Virus record (IMG/VR): IMGVR_UViG_3300025645_000042
Location: 55,102-119,101 of that record
Source: a virus
Length of the DNA stretch: 64,000 nucleotides
Reading direction: 5' to 3' (one strand)
In this document: positions 9,570 through 18,264 of the stretch, piece after piece
Layout of the letters: every line of letters starts with the position of its first letter
How positions within the stretch are numbered: the stretch's first letter is position 1
Notes under the pieces: model-generated
What the model was told of the DNA's origin: nothing
What the model saw: only the letters and a program-made list of their open reading frames with translations
The model's database searches: none
Translations under genes and position numbers: made by a program

Positions 9570-11366
9570 ATGTCAAATTTTTTAAATTCAGGTAAAGTTG
9601 GTAATATCGGCTTAAACCACATGAAAACAATACGTGAGAACACTATCAACAAATGGGATTCATTAGGATTCTTAGATGGTCTTAAAGGTCACGTAAAAGA
9701 GAACATCGCTCAATTATATGAAAACGAAGCTTCTCACTTATTAAACGAATCAACTGATGCTTCTAGCTCAGGTTCTTTCGAAACCGTAGTATTCCCTATT
9801 GTTAGGAGAGTATTCTCAAAATTATTAGCTAATGACATTGTGTCTGTACAAGCTATGAATATGCCAATTGGTAAATTATTCTTCTTTGTACCACAAACGT
9901 CATCTAGATATGATGCTACTGGTGATGCTTATGGTGACCCTCATAAAGATGGTCCTCAATATTCTGCACACACTTCAATGGGTTCAGATGGTTTACCAAT
10001 CGTAAGAGGTGTAGACCCTTCATATGCTCCTACTCAGTACTTGAGTAAGAACTTATATGATATTTACTATAATGATGGATTATTTGATGCATCAAAAGGT
10101 GAAATATCAATTATTACTGGTACTGGTACGTTAAAAACGTTAGGTGCGGGTGGTACTTTCACTACAGCTGCTGATTTTGCTGCTCTTCCAACTGCTACTG
10201 ATGGTTCTTTAAGAACTGCAATTTTAGCTGTATCTGGATTTAGCTCAATCAATAAAGGTAGATTAAGTGGACCAGATGGTAATCCAATGGATACTGAATC
10301 TTTCTTAGCGTCTTTAAAAGTTGTTACTAATGGTATCGCTTTAACTGACCAAGATAGTAATGTAATTGTTGCTGATGCAACTGAAGTTCCATTTAGATTG
10401 GTAACTCAAAAATACGGTAAAGGTATCGTATCATACGATGATATTTGTGATGATGCTGGTGTTATTTACTTAGAATTAGATATGACTCACCCTGTAGATG
10501 CTGCTGGTACTTCAACATACGATGGTTACATCGGTGCTGACTTAACATTAGCTTCAGGATTCACATCTTCAGATTTCTCAGTATCTTGGGCAGAATATGC
10601 TACATTAGAACTTGAGACTGAAATGGGAGAAGTATCTTTCAAATTAGACGAAGTAGTTGTTTCTGTAGAAGAAAGAAAATTAAGGGCTACATGGTCTCCA
10701 GAATTAGCGCAAGATGTTAGTGCATTCCACAACATTGATGCTGAAGCTGAATTGACTGCTATGTTATCTGAGCAAGTTGCTGCTGAAATCGATAGAGAAA
10801 TCTTAAGAGATATCAGAAAAGCTGCTGCATGGCAATTGAGATGGGATTGGAACGGATGGAGAAAAGCTTCATTAGCTGCTAATGCTTATACTCAAAAAGA
10901 CTGGAATCAAACTTTAATTACTAAAGTTAACCAAATTTCAGCACAAATCCATAAGTCTACTCTTAGAGGTGGTGCTAACTTTGTTGTTGTATCTTCAGAA
11001 ATTTCTGCTGTATTCGATGATTTAGAGTACTTCCACGTATCTGACGCAAGTCCAGAGCAAGACCAATATAATATGGGTATCGAGAAAATCGGTTCATTAA
11101 GTGGACGTTACCAAGTGTACCGTGACCCTTATGCTCCATCTTGGTCACTTATTATGGGACACAAAGGTAAGTCTTTATTAGACACAGGTTACATCTACGC
11201 ACCTTACGTGCCAATGCAACTTACGCCTACAATGTATAACCCATTCAACTTTGCACCAGTGAAAGGTATAATGACACGTTATGCTAAAAAGGTCGTGAAC
11301 AATAGGTTCTACGGAGCTATTAGAGTTGACGGATTACAAACATTCAACGTAAACGAATTAAGATAA
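9570..11366 (+). CDS. Major capsid protein (T4 gp23-like)
   Basis: VRRVFSKL.A.DIVSVQAM..P.GKLFF, RKLRATWSPELAQD..AFH.IDAEAELT, YAPYVP...F.P.KGIMTRYA motifs. Confidence 0.95.
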   Translation: MSNFLNSGKVGNIGLNHMKTIRENTINKWDSLGFLDGLKGHVKENIAQLYENEASHLLNESTDASSSGSFETVVFPIVRRVFSKLLANDIVSVQAMNMPIGKLFFFVPQTSSRYDATGDAYGDPHKDGPQYSAHTSMGSDGLPIVRGVDPSYAPTQYLSKNLYDIYYNDGLFDASKGEISIITGTGTLKTLGAGGTFTTAADFAALPTATDGSLRTAILAVSGFSSINKGRLSGPDGNPMDTESFLASLKVVTNGIALTDQDSNVIVADATEVPFRLVTQKYGKGIVSYDDICDDAGVIYLELDMTHPVDAAGTSTYDGYIGADLTLASGFTSSDFSVSWAEYATLELETEMGEVSFKLDEVVVSVEERKLRATWSPELAQDVSAFHNIDAEAELTAMLSEQVAAEIDREILRDIRKAAAWQLRWDWNGWRKASLAANAYTQKDWNQTLITKVNQISAQIHKSTLRGGANFVVVSSEISAVFDDLEYFHVSDASPEQDQYNMGIEKIGSLSGRYQVYRDPYAPSWSLIMGHKGKSLLDTGYIYAPYVPMQLTPTMYNPFNFAPVKGIMTRYAKKVVNNRFYGAIRVDGLQTFNVNELR

Positions 11367-11369
11367 TAT
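11301..11369 (+). repeat. Direct repeat copy 1: last 22 codons of the capsid gene
   Basis: aataggttctacggagctattagagttgacggattacaaacattcaacgtaaacgaattaagataatat. Confidence 0.95.
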
Positions 11370-11398
11370 AACTTCTTACTCGTTTCGAGATAATAACC

Positions 11399-11432
11399 AA
11401 AAAGGTCTAGATTTTTCTAGACCTTTTTTTTA
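11399..11432 (+). terminator. Rho-independent terminator after the capsid gene
   Basis: aaaggtctag-attttt-ctagaccttt plus a T run. Confidence 0.85.
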
Positions 11433-11465
11433 TTTATATAAAGAACCATAAATTCTATTATTTAC

Positions 11466-11494
11466 TTGTATTTTACAATATTTATTAGTATACT
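11466..11494 (+). promoter_or_regulatory. Sigma70-like promoter for the HNH gene
   Basis: TTGTAT-N17-TATACT, 6 nt before ATG 11501. Confidence 0.5.
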
Positions 11495-11500
11495 TGCATT

Positions 11501-12178
11501 ATGAAAAAAATAGAATTTATAAAAGAAGATATTAAAGAAATTATTAGGTTGTATAACGAAGAAATGTTAGGTACTCCATCAATTGGTGAAATATTTAATG
11601 TTGGTAAGAAGGTTATTAATCGAACCCTTAAAGAAAATGGTGTTGTAATGGGACCATCTGGTAGGAAATTTACTGGCGGTAAAAGTGTGGCCGATAAACG
11701 TTACAGCGAAAAAAATAAAGAAAAATTAACTGAATACCACAAAGTTTGGTCTAAAAATAATAGAAGTAAATTAAGAGATTATCATTCAGAGTGGCGTGAA
11801 GAAAATAAAGAACATATAAATGAATATAAACGCAATTATGAGCGAATGAAGTGTGCGGCTGACCCAAGGTATAAAATATCTAAAAGAACTCGCACAGCGG
11901 TTTATACATGTCTTAAAGAAGCTAACATATCAAAGTATCGTTCTACGTTTAGTATAATAGGTTATGGTATTGATGAATTAATGGAACATTTGGAGAAACA
12001 ATTTGTTGATGGAATGACTTGGGATAATTATGGTGAGTGGCATGTTGACCATATAAAACCAATGTCATCATTCTCATTTAAGAGCGTTGATGACATTGAG
12101 TTTAAGGAGTGTTGGAAATTGGATAATCTTCAACCGCTTTGGGGTGAGGATAATTTATTAAAAGGGTCATTTTATTAA
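11501..12178 (+). CDS. Free-standing HNH homing endonuclease
   Basis: N-terminal HTH-like segment, basic helical linker, and C-terminal MTWDNYGEWHVDHIKP...NLQPLWGEDNLLK. Confidence 0.85.
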   Translation: MKKIEFIKEDIKEIIRLYNEEMLGTPSIGEIFNVGKKVINRTLKENGVVMGPSGRKFTGGKSVADKRYSEKNKEKLTEYHKVWSKNNRSKLRDYHSEWREENKEHINEYKRNYERMKCAADPRYKISKRTRTAVYTCLKEANISKYRSTFSIIGYGIDELMEHLEKQFVDGMTWDNYGEWHVDHIKPMSSFSFKSVDDIEFKECWKLDNLQPLWGEDNLLKGSFY

Positions 12179-12320
12179 GAATTCAATAAAAATTTAAAAA
12201 TAATCATATTTTTATTAAAACTTTTTAAAATTTGGGACTATTCTATATATGTAGACTTTATAAAAAGTCATGATGTATTACATACTTTGTAATATAAATA
12301 ACAATTAATAATTTTTTTAT

Positions 12321-12512
12321 ATGAAACAATTTTATGAAGGTGATTTATGTAAACATAAATCACAAAATATACTATTTGTTGTTGAAATTGAAGACCATCC
12401 TGATTATACCATAAGTCATGTTAACAAATATGGTGACCTACATCGATTCACAACAAAATTTCATTGTTTGGAACCTGTTAATAAGGGTAATGGGTTGAAG
12501 TTACATACTTAA
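12321..12512 (+). CDS. Small hypothetical protein (63 aa) inside the repeat-bounded cassette
   Basis: ORF whose stop codon abuts repeat copy 2. Confidence 0.4.
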   Translation: MKQFYEGDLCKHKSQNILFVVEIEDHPDYTISHVNKYGDLHRFTTKFHCLEPVNKGNGLKLHT

Positions 12513-12580
12513 ATAGGTTCTACGGAGCAATTAGAGTTGACGGATTACAAACATTCAACATTAACGAGTTAAGATAATAT
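12512..12580 (+). repeat. Direct repeat copy 2: orphan 3' end of a capsid gene (NRFYGAIRVDGLQTFNINELR*)
   Basis: 62 of 66 coding nt identical to 11301-11366. The differences are gct/gca, gta/att and gaa/gag. Confidence 0.95.
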
Positions 12581-12601
12581 CTTAATATCGTAGAGATAGA
12601 T

Positions 12602-12629
12602 AAAAGCCTAGCTAATGCTAGGCTTTTTT
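12602..12629. terminator. Bidirectional terminator
   Basis: aaaagcctagc-taat-gctaggctttt between convergent units. Confidence 0.8.
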
Positions 12630-13196
12630 ATTTAATTTTTTTACTTTTTGAACCGTCCCTGAAGATTTATTTGTTAATGACATCACTTTTCTTATTGAAT
12701 ATCCCATATTTAAAAAGGCTGTAACTTTTTCATTTTCTTTTAAAAAATGCAAATCACTTTTTTTGGACCCTCTTTTACGACCTAATTTACCACCTTTTTT
12801 TATATAAAGTTCTCTACCAGCGTTTAACCTTTTTTTAATTCTTTCTGTTTCTAAAGCAGAATCTTCTATTTGCTTTTTTAAGCTATCGTTTTTATCATTG
12901 AAAGCACAAATTATTTTCACATCTAAAATCTTACAATTATCAATAAAATATTTCAAATATCTTTCTTTTCTAGAAACCCTATTTAATTCAGTTACCAAAA
13001 CAATTTTGATGTTTTTCGTATCTAAAAAATCAATATACTTTTCTACATCAATAAAATTTTTAAAACCACTACAATAAGATTCAAATATTTTGACTATATT
13101 ATATTCAGAATATTTATCAACCAAATGATTTATTTGATAATTTGTATCTTGTTTAACTGTACTACATCTAGCAATTATTATTGCGTTATTTATCAT
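12618..13196 (-). CDS. Small serine recombinase (resolvase/invertase family)
   Basis: ARCST..Q catalytic motif, VTELNRVSR, ETERIKKRL..GR...G..LGR and a C-terminal HTH. Confidence 0.85.
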   Translation of the reverse strand: MINNAIIIARCSTVKQDTNYQINHLVDKYSEYNIVKIFESYCSGFKNFIDVEKYIDFLDTKNIKIVLVTELNRVSRKERYLKYFIDNCKILDVKIICAFNDKNDSLKKQIEDSALETERIKKRLNAGRELYIKKGGKLGRKRGSKKSDLHFLKENEKVTAFLNMGYSIRKVMSLTNKSSGTVQKVKKLNKKA

Positions 13197-13502
13197 TTAG
13201 CCAAATTTTATTTCAGCTTGTTCATCTGTTAATTTATTATCCTCATAAAAAATGGTGTAAAAAGTTTGACCATTTTCTTGAACCCAATATAATTCATAAC
13301 CATCAACGATTTCAACTAATTGAGCTGATTCATAACCGTATAAATCATCATCCTCATATGATGAATATTCTAAACTTCCATCAGAATCATAGGGATAATA
13401 CTCGTCATTTAATTTAAATTCGAAGTATTCAGCTTCATCAATCCCAAAAGCGTCTACAAGGGCCTCTCTAGCTTCTTTATAAGCGTCTATAATATCTTTC
13501 AT
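13197..13502 (-). CDS. Acidic hypothetical protein
   Basis: 101-aa ORF, tightly packed in the minus-strand operon. Confidence 0.6.
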   Translation of the reverse strand: MKDIIDAYKEAREALVDAFGIDEAEYFEFKLNDEYYPYDSDGSLEYSSYEDDDLYGYESAQLVEIVDGYELYWVQENGQTFYTIFYEDNKLTDEQAEIKFG

Positions 13503-13729
13503 TATTGTGGCTTTTCTACTAAAACATATTTAGCATATGAAATTTCATCACCAAATTTATTGGTTCCATTTTCAATTTTGGTGTCAATCTTATAACCTTT
13601 TTGCTTTAACTTATGAATTGTTGCAGCTAATCTAGTTTCACCTAAATGATTGAATGCATAGAATGGACTGATTGAACCATGATTCACTAATGCATCCACT
13701 ACCCTTTGTTTTTTCGTTACTTTACTCAT
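13502..13729 (-). CDS. Winged helix-turn-helix protein
   Basis: QRVVDALVNHGSIS...LGETRLAATIHKLKQKGYKIDT pattern. Confidence 0.65.
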   Translation of the reverse strand: MSKVTKKQRVVDALVNHGSISPFYAFNHLGETRLAATIHKLKQKGYKIDTKIENGTNKFGDEISYAKYVLVEKPQ

Positions 13730-13928
13730 CTTTTTTAAATTTATGTTTATTTATTCTTCGATTAAGGATGTTAAATAATTTATCATCCAATAATTTTTCT
13801 TCTTTTAAGTTTAATGTCATGTACCAGTCATTAAACCCTTCACTTTCCTTATATAAAAAGTCTGTTATTTCATGTACACATTTTCTTAACTCTCGCCCAC
13901 TAACTTTATCTAAATCTGAAATACACAT
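13722..13928 (-). CDS. Hypothetical protein
   Basis: 68-aa ORF overlapping neighbours in operon fashion. Confidence 0.45.
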   Translation of the reverse strand: MCISDLDKVSGRELRKCVHEITDFLYKESEGFNDWYMTLNLKEEKLLDDKLFNILNRRINKHKFKKDE

Positions 13929-14065
13929 TATTTTAAATTTTTATTAATTAATTCTAATTTTCTATTTTCCATTTTATTAATCAAATCTAATGACTTTCGT
14001 ATTGGATTCGTTTCAACCCAGAATTTAGCCCTCTTTAATTCAAGGGTTACTTCTTCCAATGACAT
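13928..14065 (-). CDS. Small hypothetical protein (45 aa, MSLEEVTLELKRAKFW...), not in the ORF track
   Basis: Hand translation; fills the gap between neighbouring minus-strand ORFs. Confidence 0.4.
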   Translation of the reverse strand: MSLEEVTLELKRAKFWVETNPIRKSLDLINKMENRKLELINKNLK

Positions 14066-14069
14066 TTCA

Positions 14070-14288
14070 TTAATTTTCATTTAAAAATTTTTTAATAAAT
14101 TCATCTTTAAAACTATCTACATATAATGAAACAAACTCACCCTTTAAATCAGTTGTTAAATAATGTTTCATTTCATCACTTATATAAAATCTAAAATCGA
14201 AAACTTCTAAAATTTCAAAAATATCACCATCATTTACTGTTATTTTATCTAATTCCGTTATTTTTGGTCTAAATTTCTTTGTTCCCAT
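14070..14288 (-). CDS. Hypothetical protein
   Basis: 72-aa ORF in the operon. Confidence 0.45.
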   Translation of the reverse strand: MGTKKFRPKITELDKITVNDGDIFEILEVFDFRFYISDEMKHYLTTDLKGEFVSLYVDSFKDEFIKKFLNEN

Positions 14289-14292
14289 TTAT

Positions 14293-15354
14293 TTATTTTT
14301 TGTAATTCTTAATATTTCCTTTATACTTTATTACGTAATATTTTATTGTTTCTAATATACCTTCCTCAAAATTCTTTTCTGGTTTCCAATTAAGGTTTGT
14401 TTGTAGGTAATTAGAATTGACGGCATATCTTAAATCATGACCCTTTCTATCAGTAACATATTGAATAGGGAATGGTGGTAAATGTGTGATTGGTGATTCT
14501 GCGTAAGTATACGTATTATAAAATAATTCACATATTTTATGAATTATATCAATATTGGTCATTTCATTATCACCACCAACATTGTAAGTGTGACCTTTTT
14601 TACCATTATGAAATATTTCGTCAATGGCTTTTACATGGTCACCAACCCATAACCAATCTCTTACATTTTCACCAGTACCATAAACTGGTATCTTTTCACC
14701 ATTAACAAGTTTTCTAATAACCGTAGGGATTAGTTTTTCATCGTGCTGATGTGGCCCATAATTGTTAGAACAGTTAGATATTACACAATTCATCCCGTAT
14801 GTACGTGCGTATGCCCTCACAAAATGGTCTGAGGCTGCTTTAGAGGCACTATAAGGTGAAGAAGGGTTGTAGGGAGTCTGTTCTGTAAATGGTGCGTCTC
14901 CGAGCTTTAAATCACCATAAACTTCATCGGTTGAAATATGGTAGAATCTATTGGGTGAATTCTCACCCCAAACGTTCTTTGCAACATTTAATAAGTTAAG
15001 AGTCCCAAGTACATTTGTTTGAGCAAATATATTAGGGTTATTAATTGAATTATCTACATGGGATTCAGCTGCTAAGTGAATTATATCGGTTATTTTAAAA
15101 TAATTAAAAACTTCATTAATTAAATTTTCTTTTCTAATATCAACTTTAACAAACTCTACTCGTTCATTAAACCAGAAGCGAGGTCCACCATGAACACCCA
15201 TTTCCAAACCGTTCACGTTGTCATAATTTGATGCATAGGTTAATGAATCCATTACAACTATTCTATAGTTAGGGTATTTATCCATAAAATGATTCACAAC
15301 GTGTGAACCTATAAATCCAGCACCACCAGTAATCAATATATTATTCTCTTTCAT
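14293..15354 (-). CDS. rmlB: dTDP-glucose 4,6-dehydratase
   Basis: GGAGFIG, HLAAESHVDNSI, HISTDEVYG, YSASKAASD and NNYGPHQHDEKLIP motifs. Confidence 0.95.
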   Translation of the reverse strand: MKENNILITGGAGFIGSHVVNHFMDKYPNYRIVVMDSLTYASNYDNVNGLEMGVHGGPRFWFNERVEFVKVDIRKENLINEVFNYFKITDIIHLAAESHVDNSINNPNIFAQTNVLGTLNLLNVAKNVWGENSPNRFYHISTDEVYGDLKLGDAPFTEQTPYNPSSPYSASKAASDHFVRAYARTYGMNCVISNCSNNYGPHQHDEKLIPTVIRKLVNGEKIPVYGTGENVRDWLWVGDHVKAIDEIFHNGKKGHTYNVGGDNEMTNIDIIHKICELFYNTYTYAESPITHLPPFPIQYVTDRKGHDLRYAVNSNYLQTNLNWKPEKNFEEGILETIKYYVIKYKGNIKNYKK

Positions 15355-15670
15355 ATTTCATTTTGATAATTAAACCCCTCCTAAAAGTACTATTAGGGAT
15401 TTCAGGTGTTAAAATTAAATTAGATACAATTAATTTAAGAATATTCCTTTCTGTTCTTTCTTTAGCACGATGTAATAACCATTGTAATTCAAAAAGAATT
15501 TCAGCTATTGAATATTCCTCAGTACCTACATCTATAGAACATCTCAACTTATGTGTTGTACCAGAAATATCATCATTGATTTCCACAAAGGGAATAGCCT
15601 TAATGAAATAATTAAAATTTTCATTTATTTTATCAATAAATTTTTCTTCTTCAGATGTTATTTTATCCAT
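15341..15670 (-). CDS. Hypothetical protein (likely start MDKITS at 15670)
   Basis: The ORF-track extension to 15715 overlaps a promoter motif. Confidence 0.45.
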   Translation of the reverse strand: MDKITSEEEKFIDKINENFNYFIKAIPFVEINDDISGTTHKLRCSIDVGTEEYSIAEILFELQWLLHRAKERTERNILKLIVSNLILTPEIPNSTFRRGLIIKMKYERE

Positions 15671-15674
15671 GTAG

Positions 15675-15706
15675 CAAATGTACAAAAAAAAATGGGAAAA
15701 AACAAA
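15675..15706 (-). promoter_or_regulatory. Bacteroidota-type housekeeping promoter
   Basis: Minus strand TTTG-N20-TACATTTG matches the -33 TTG / -7 TAnnTTTG consensus. Confidence 0.65.
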
Positions 15707-15742
15707 TTTTCCCATTTAAATTTCTAATAATTAATTAATTAA

Positions 15743-16414
15743 TTAGATATTATCATCTACTTCCACATCTTCTTCAACAGAATCTGAAACTAATCCACGA
15801 GTTTTCGCCTCCCCTTCCATTACACTTGAAAAGTACATTTGTTTGGAAAAATTTCTACTTACATTTGCAATTTCAGTTCCTTCGGCTGAATCGGTATAGG
15901 TTAAAGTGTTTGATGCTGCAACACCCCAAGATTGGGCAGCTTTAACGGCCTCTTCTGTTGTGCCCATAAAAGTAACACCCCATTTTTTCTTATCGACTTT
16001 CTTTAGTAATTTTTTAATATCTTTTTGAGTAAACTCTTTAGAAGAATTTTCCTCACCATCAGTTAAGATACTAACAAATACCCCATCTTGTTTTTTACCT
16101 ACCATTGCAAAAGATTTACCGATAGCATCAAATAATGCCGTACCACCATTTGCTTTATAACTTTCAACACAATCAAGAGTTACATTTTTTCTTTTCTTAG
16201 TATCTAATAATACTTCAAACCAACCTTCGTTTATTGACCAACCTTGGCTAGAGAATTGGACTAGAATTGTTCTTATTTTAGCTTCATCTTTATTCTCTTT
16301 CATATCCTTACGAATATCTTGAAGAATTTCAGTTAAACCATCTTTAACTTGTTTTGTTTTTGAATGCATACTTCCTGATGCATCTACAATAATTACATTT
16401 GTGATTTTTTTCAT
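15743..16414 (-). CDS. von Willebrand factor A (vWA) domain protein
   Basis: MIDAS motifs IVDASGSM, GGTALFDAIG and ILTDGEENSS. Confidence 0.9.
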   Translation of the reverse strand: MKKITNVIIVDASGSMHSKTKQVKDGLTEILQDIRKDMKENKDEAKIRTILVQFSSQGWSINEGWFEVLLDTKKRKNVTLDCVESYKANGGTALFDAIGKSFAMVGKKQDGVFVSILTDGEENSSKEFTQKDIKKLLKKVDKKKWGVTFMGTTEEAVKAAQSWGVAASNTLTYTDSAEGTEIANVSRNFSKQMYFSSVMEGEAKTRGLVSDSVEEDVEVDDNI

Positions 16415-16523
16415 TTTATAAAATTTTTAAGGTTTAATATTCCCTGTTAATATACTATTTTTTTTTAATTAAACAAGACAATATTGAATTAGTTATTAAA
16501 TACGTGATTAAACTAATAGTTAT

Positions 16524-17435
16524 TTATTGCTTTGCTCCACAGTATGAACAAAACTTTGTTTTACATTTAGCACCACAACCACCACAATACTTTGTGTAGT
16601 AATCTTTAGCACTTAATTGTTGTTCCGATTTAGGAAATAATTTATACCTTAATACATGAAATGATGTTAATTCAAATTCACCTGTACCTTCACATAATTT
16701 TTGGTCTGATTTTGAACCTTTCTCAACCCTACCAGTTTCGATAGTTGTCGGAGTTTTAGATTTACTCTTTAAGGATTTATTTAATTTACCTTGCAATTTA
16801 GATTCATCTAATTTTGCACCCCTAAGTGATTGACTTGTATTTGTTGTTCCTATCCCAACACCCCCCGTTGTTGTAAGTGTTGTTTCACTTCTAGACGGAA
16901 TAAACATATCTTCATTAATATTTAAATTCGAGTAGGCATTATAGTTACCCGTTGATGAATCAACAAAATTAGCGTTAGTTGTTGTTAAATTGCCATTAAT
17001 ATTATAATCCCCCGATGTCCAATCTAAAGTCACAGTTCCTGAACCACCCATTAAAAAATCTGGTTCTGGTATTACTATTTCTTTAAAGAATGCGATTTCC
17101 ACATCACCGTTAGGTTCAATAGCTTTCTTAGCAGACTTGGTATTATCTACTTTATAGGTATCGAATAGAAACTTTTTATTTGAATCTAAGAACCTATCAA
17201 GGAATACACGTTCACCTGGTCTTAAAATTAAGCCACCTGAAATTGGTTTATTATTTAATTTGATTGTTGTAAGTACTTTATCCTGAGTTGGATTGTACAA
17301 TTCGATTTGGAATTCACTCCCTTTTTCTAGATAGTATGAAGGAATACTCTTGTTCTTCCCATACTTTTTAATCCTACTTTTATTAATAGCAAGATTAGCT
17401 GTCGGATTTTTATCCGAAGTTTTTTTAATTGTCAT
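16524..17435 (-). CDS. Hypothetical protein with a C-terminal zinc ribbon
   Basis: Ends in CGGCGAKCKTKFCSYCG and has a Thr/Ser-rich linker. Confidence 0.65.
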   Translation of the reverse strand: MTIKKTSDKNPTANLAINKSRIKKYGKNKSIPSYYLEKGSEFQIELYNPTQDKVLTTIKLNNKPISGGLILRPGERVFLDRFLDSNKKFLFDTYKVDNTKSAKKAIEPNGDVEIAFFKEIVIPEPDFLMGGSGTVTLDWTSGDYNINGNLTTTNANFVDSSTGNYNAYSNLNINEDMFIPSRSETTLTTTGGVGIGTTNTSQSLRGAKLDESKLQGKLNKSLKSKSKTPTTIETGRVEKGSKSDQKLCEGTGEFELTSFHVLRYKLFPKSEQQLSAKDYYTKYCGGCGAKCKTKFCSYCGAKQ

Positions 17436-17459
17436 TACTTTTTAATTTTAATAATTAAT

Positions 17460-17521
17460 GTGCTAATATTTTTGTTACCATCTGATAACTCAAAAGTCGT
17501 AAATCGACTCAAGACTAACAC
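17460..17521 (-). ncRNA. Candidate structured 5'-UTR RNA (three-way junction)
   Basis: Minus strand GUGUUAGU/AUUAGCAC closes hairpins GAGUCG/CGACUU and GUUAUC/GGUAAC. The G-U pairs only work on the transcribed strand. Confidence 0.45.
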
Positions 17522-17547
17522 GTAAATAGTTTAATCACGTTAATATA

Positions 17548-17575
17548 AATATACGGAAAATATAAAAAATGTCAA
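17548..17575 (-). promoter_or_regulatory. Sigma70-like promoter driving the structured leader
   Basis: TTGACA-N16-TATATT on the minus strand. Confidence 0.55.
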
Positions 17576-17609
17576 GTTTTTTAAAAGAAATAACTATATT
17601 TATAGTATA

Positions 17610-18264
17610 ATGAAGAATATAGTAAAAAAATTATTAAGGGAAAGTTTAATGAATGAGAAGTCTATTTTAGATGTTTCATTGATGGATTTTAATATCAAAG
17701 AAATTATAGATTCTTGGTTAATGAGTTCAAGTGAAACCCCAGTTATGATGTTTAAATATGAAATGCAAGATGAGTATAATTTAAGTCCTGAAGAAAAAGA
17801 ACATATTATGGATATGGATGAAGATGAAATTCTTGAAAGTGATAGATTTAAAAAATGGTTAAAATATGAAGCTGAATACAAAATAGAAAATTTTATTAGT
17901 GAAATTCAAGATTATTTTAATGGAGATACTATTACTATTTGGCGTGAAATGACGGTTCCAATGGATTGGGTTAAAGGTTTATCTAAAGGGGGGTAAACGA
18001 TTAGGTAAATTTTGGTCATTTGAGGAAGATGCAGCGGAAGCTCATTGGGGTGGTAAAGGTGAAAAAATTAAAATACAAACATCTATCAGAGAAGAATATA
18101 TAGATTGGAATCAAACTATTGAAGCTAATATAAATCCACAAATAGGAGAAGATGAAAAAGAAATTACCCTATTCAAGAATACTCCATTAAAAATTGAGCG
18201 GTTGGTTGTTAATGATAAAGATATTGATATATTACCAATTAAAGATAAGGTTTTTAAAGCTTAA
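17610..18264 (+). pseudogene. Frameshifted gene (G6 run at 17988-17993), putative ADP-ribosyltransferase-fold protein
   Basis: The ORF ends GG* at 17996, while the +1 frame continues GKRLGKFWSFEEDAAEAHWG...EDEKEITL...FKA* to 18264. The fused product shows R (IWREM), S (FWSF) and ExE. Confidence 0.6.

Noticed and set aside
11301-12577. Group I intron in the capsid gene with 12512-12577 as the second exon
   Set aside because: The upstream copy already completes the gene with a stop and terminator, the base before copy 2 is A rather than the omega-G, and no P4-P7 core was recognised.
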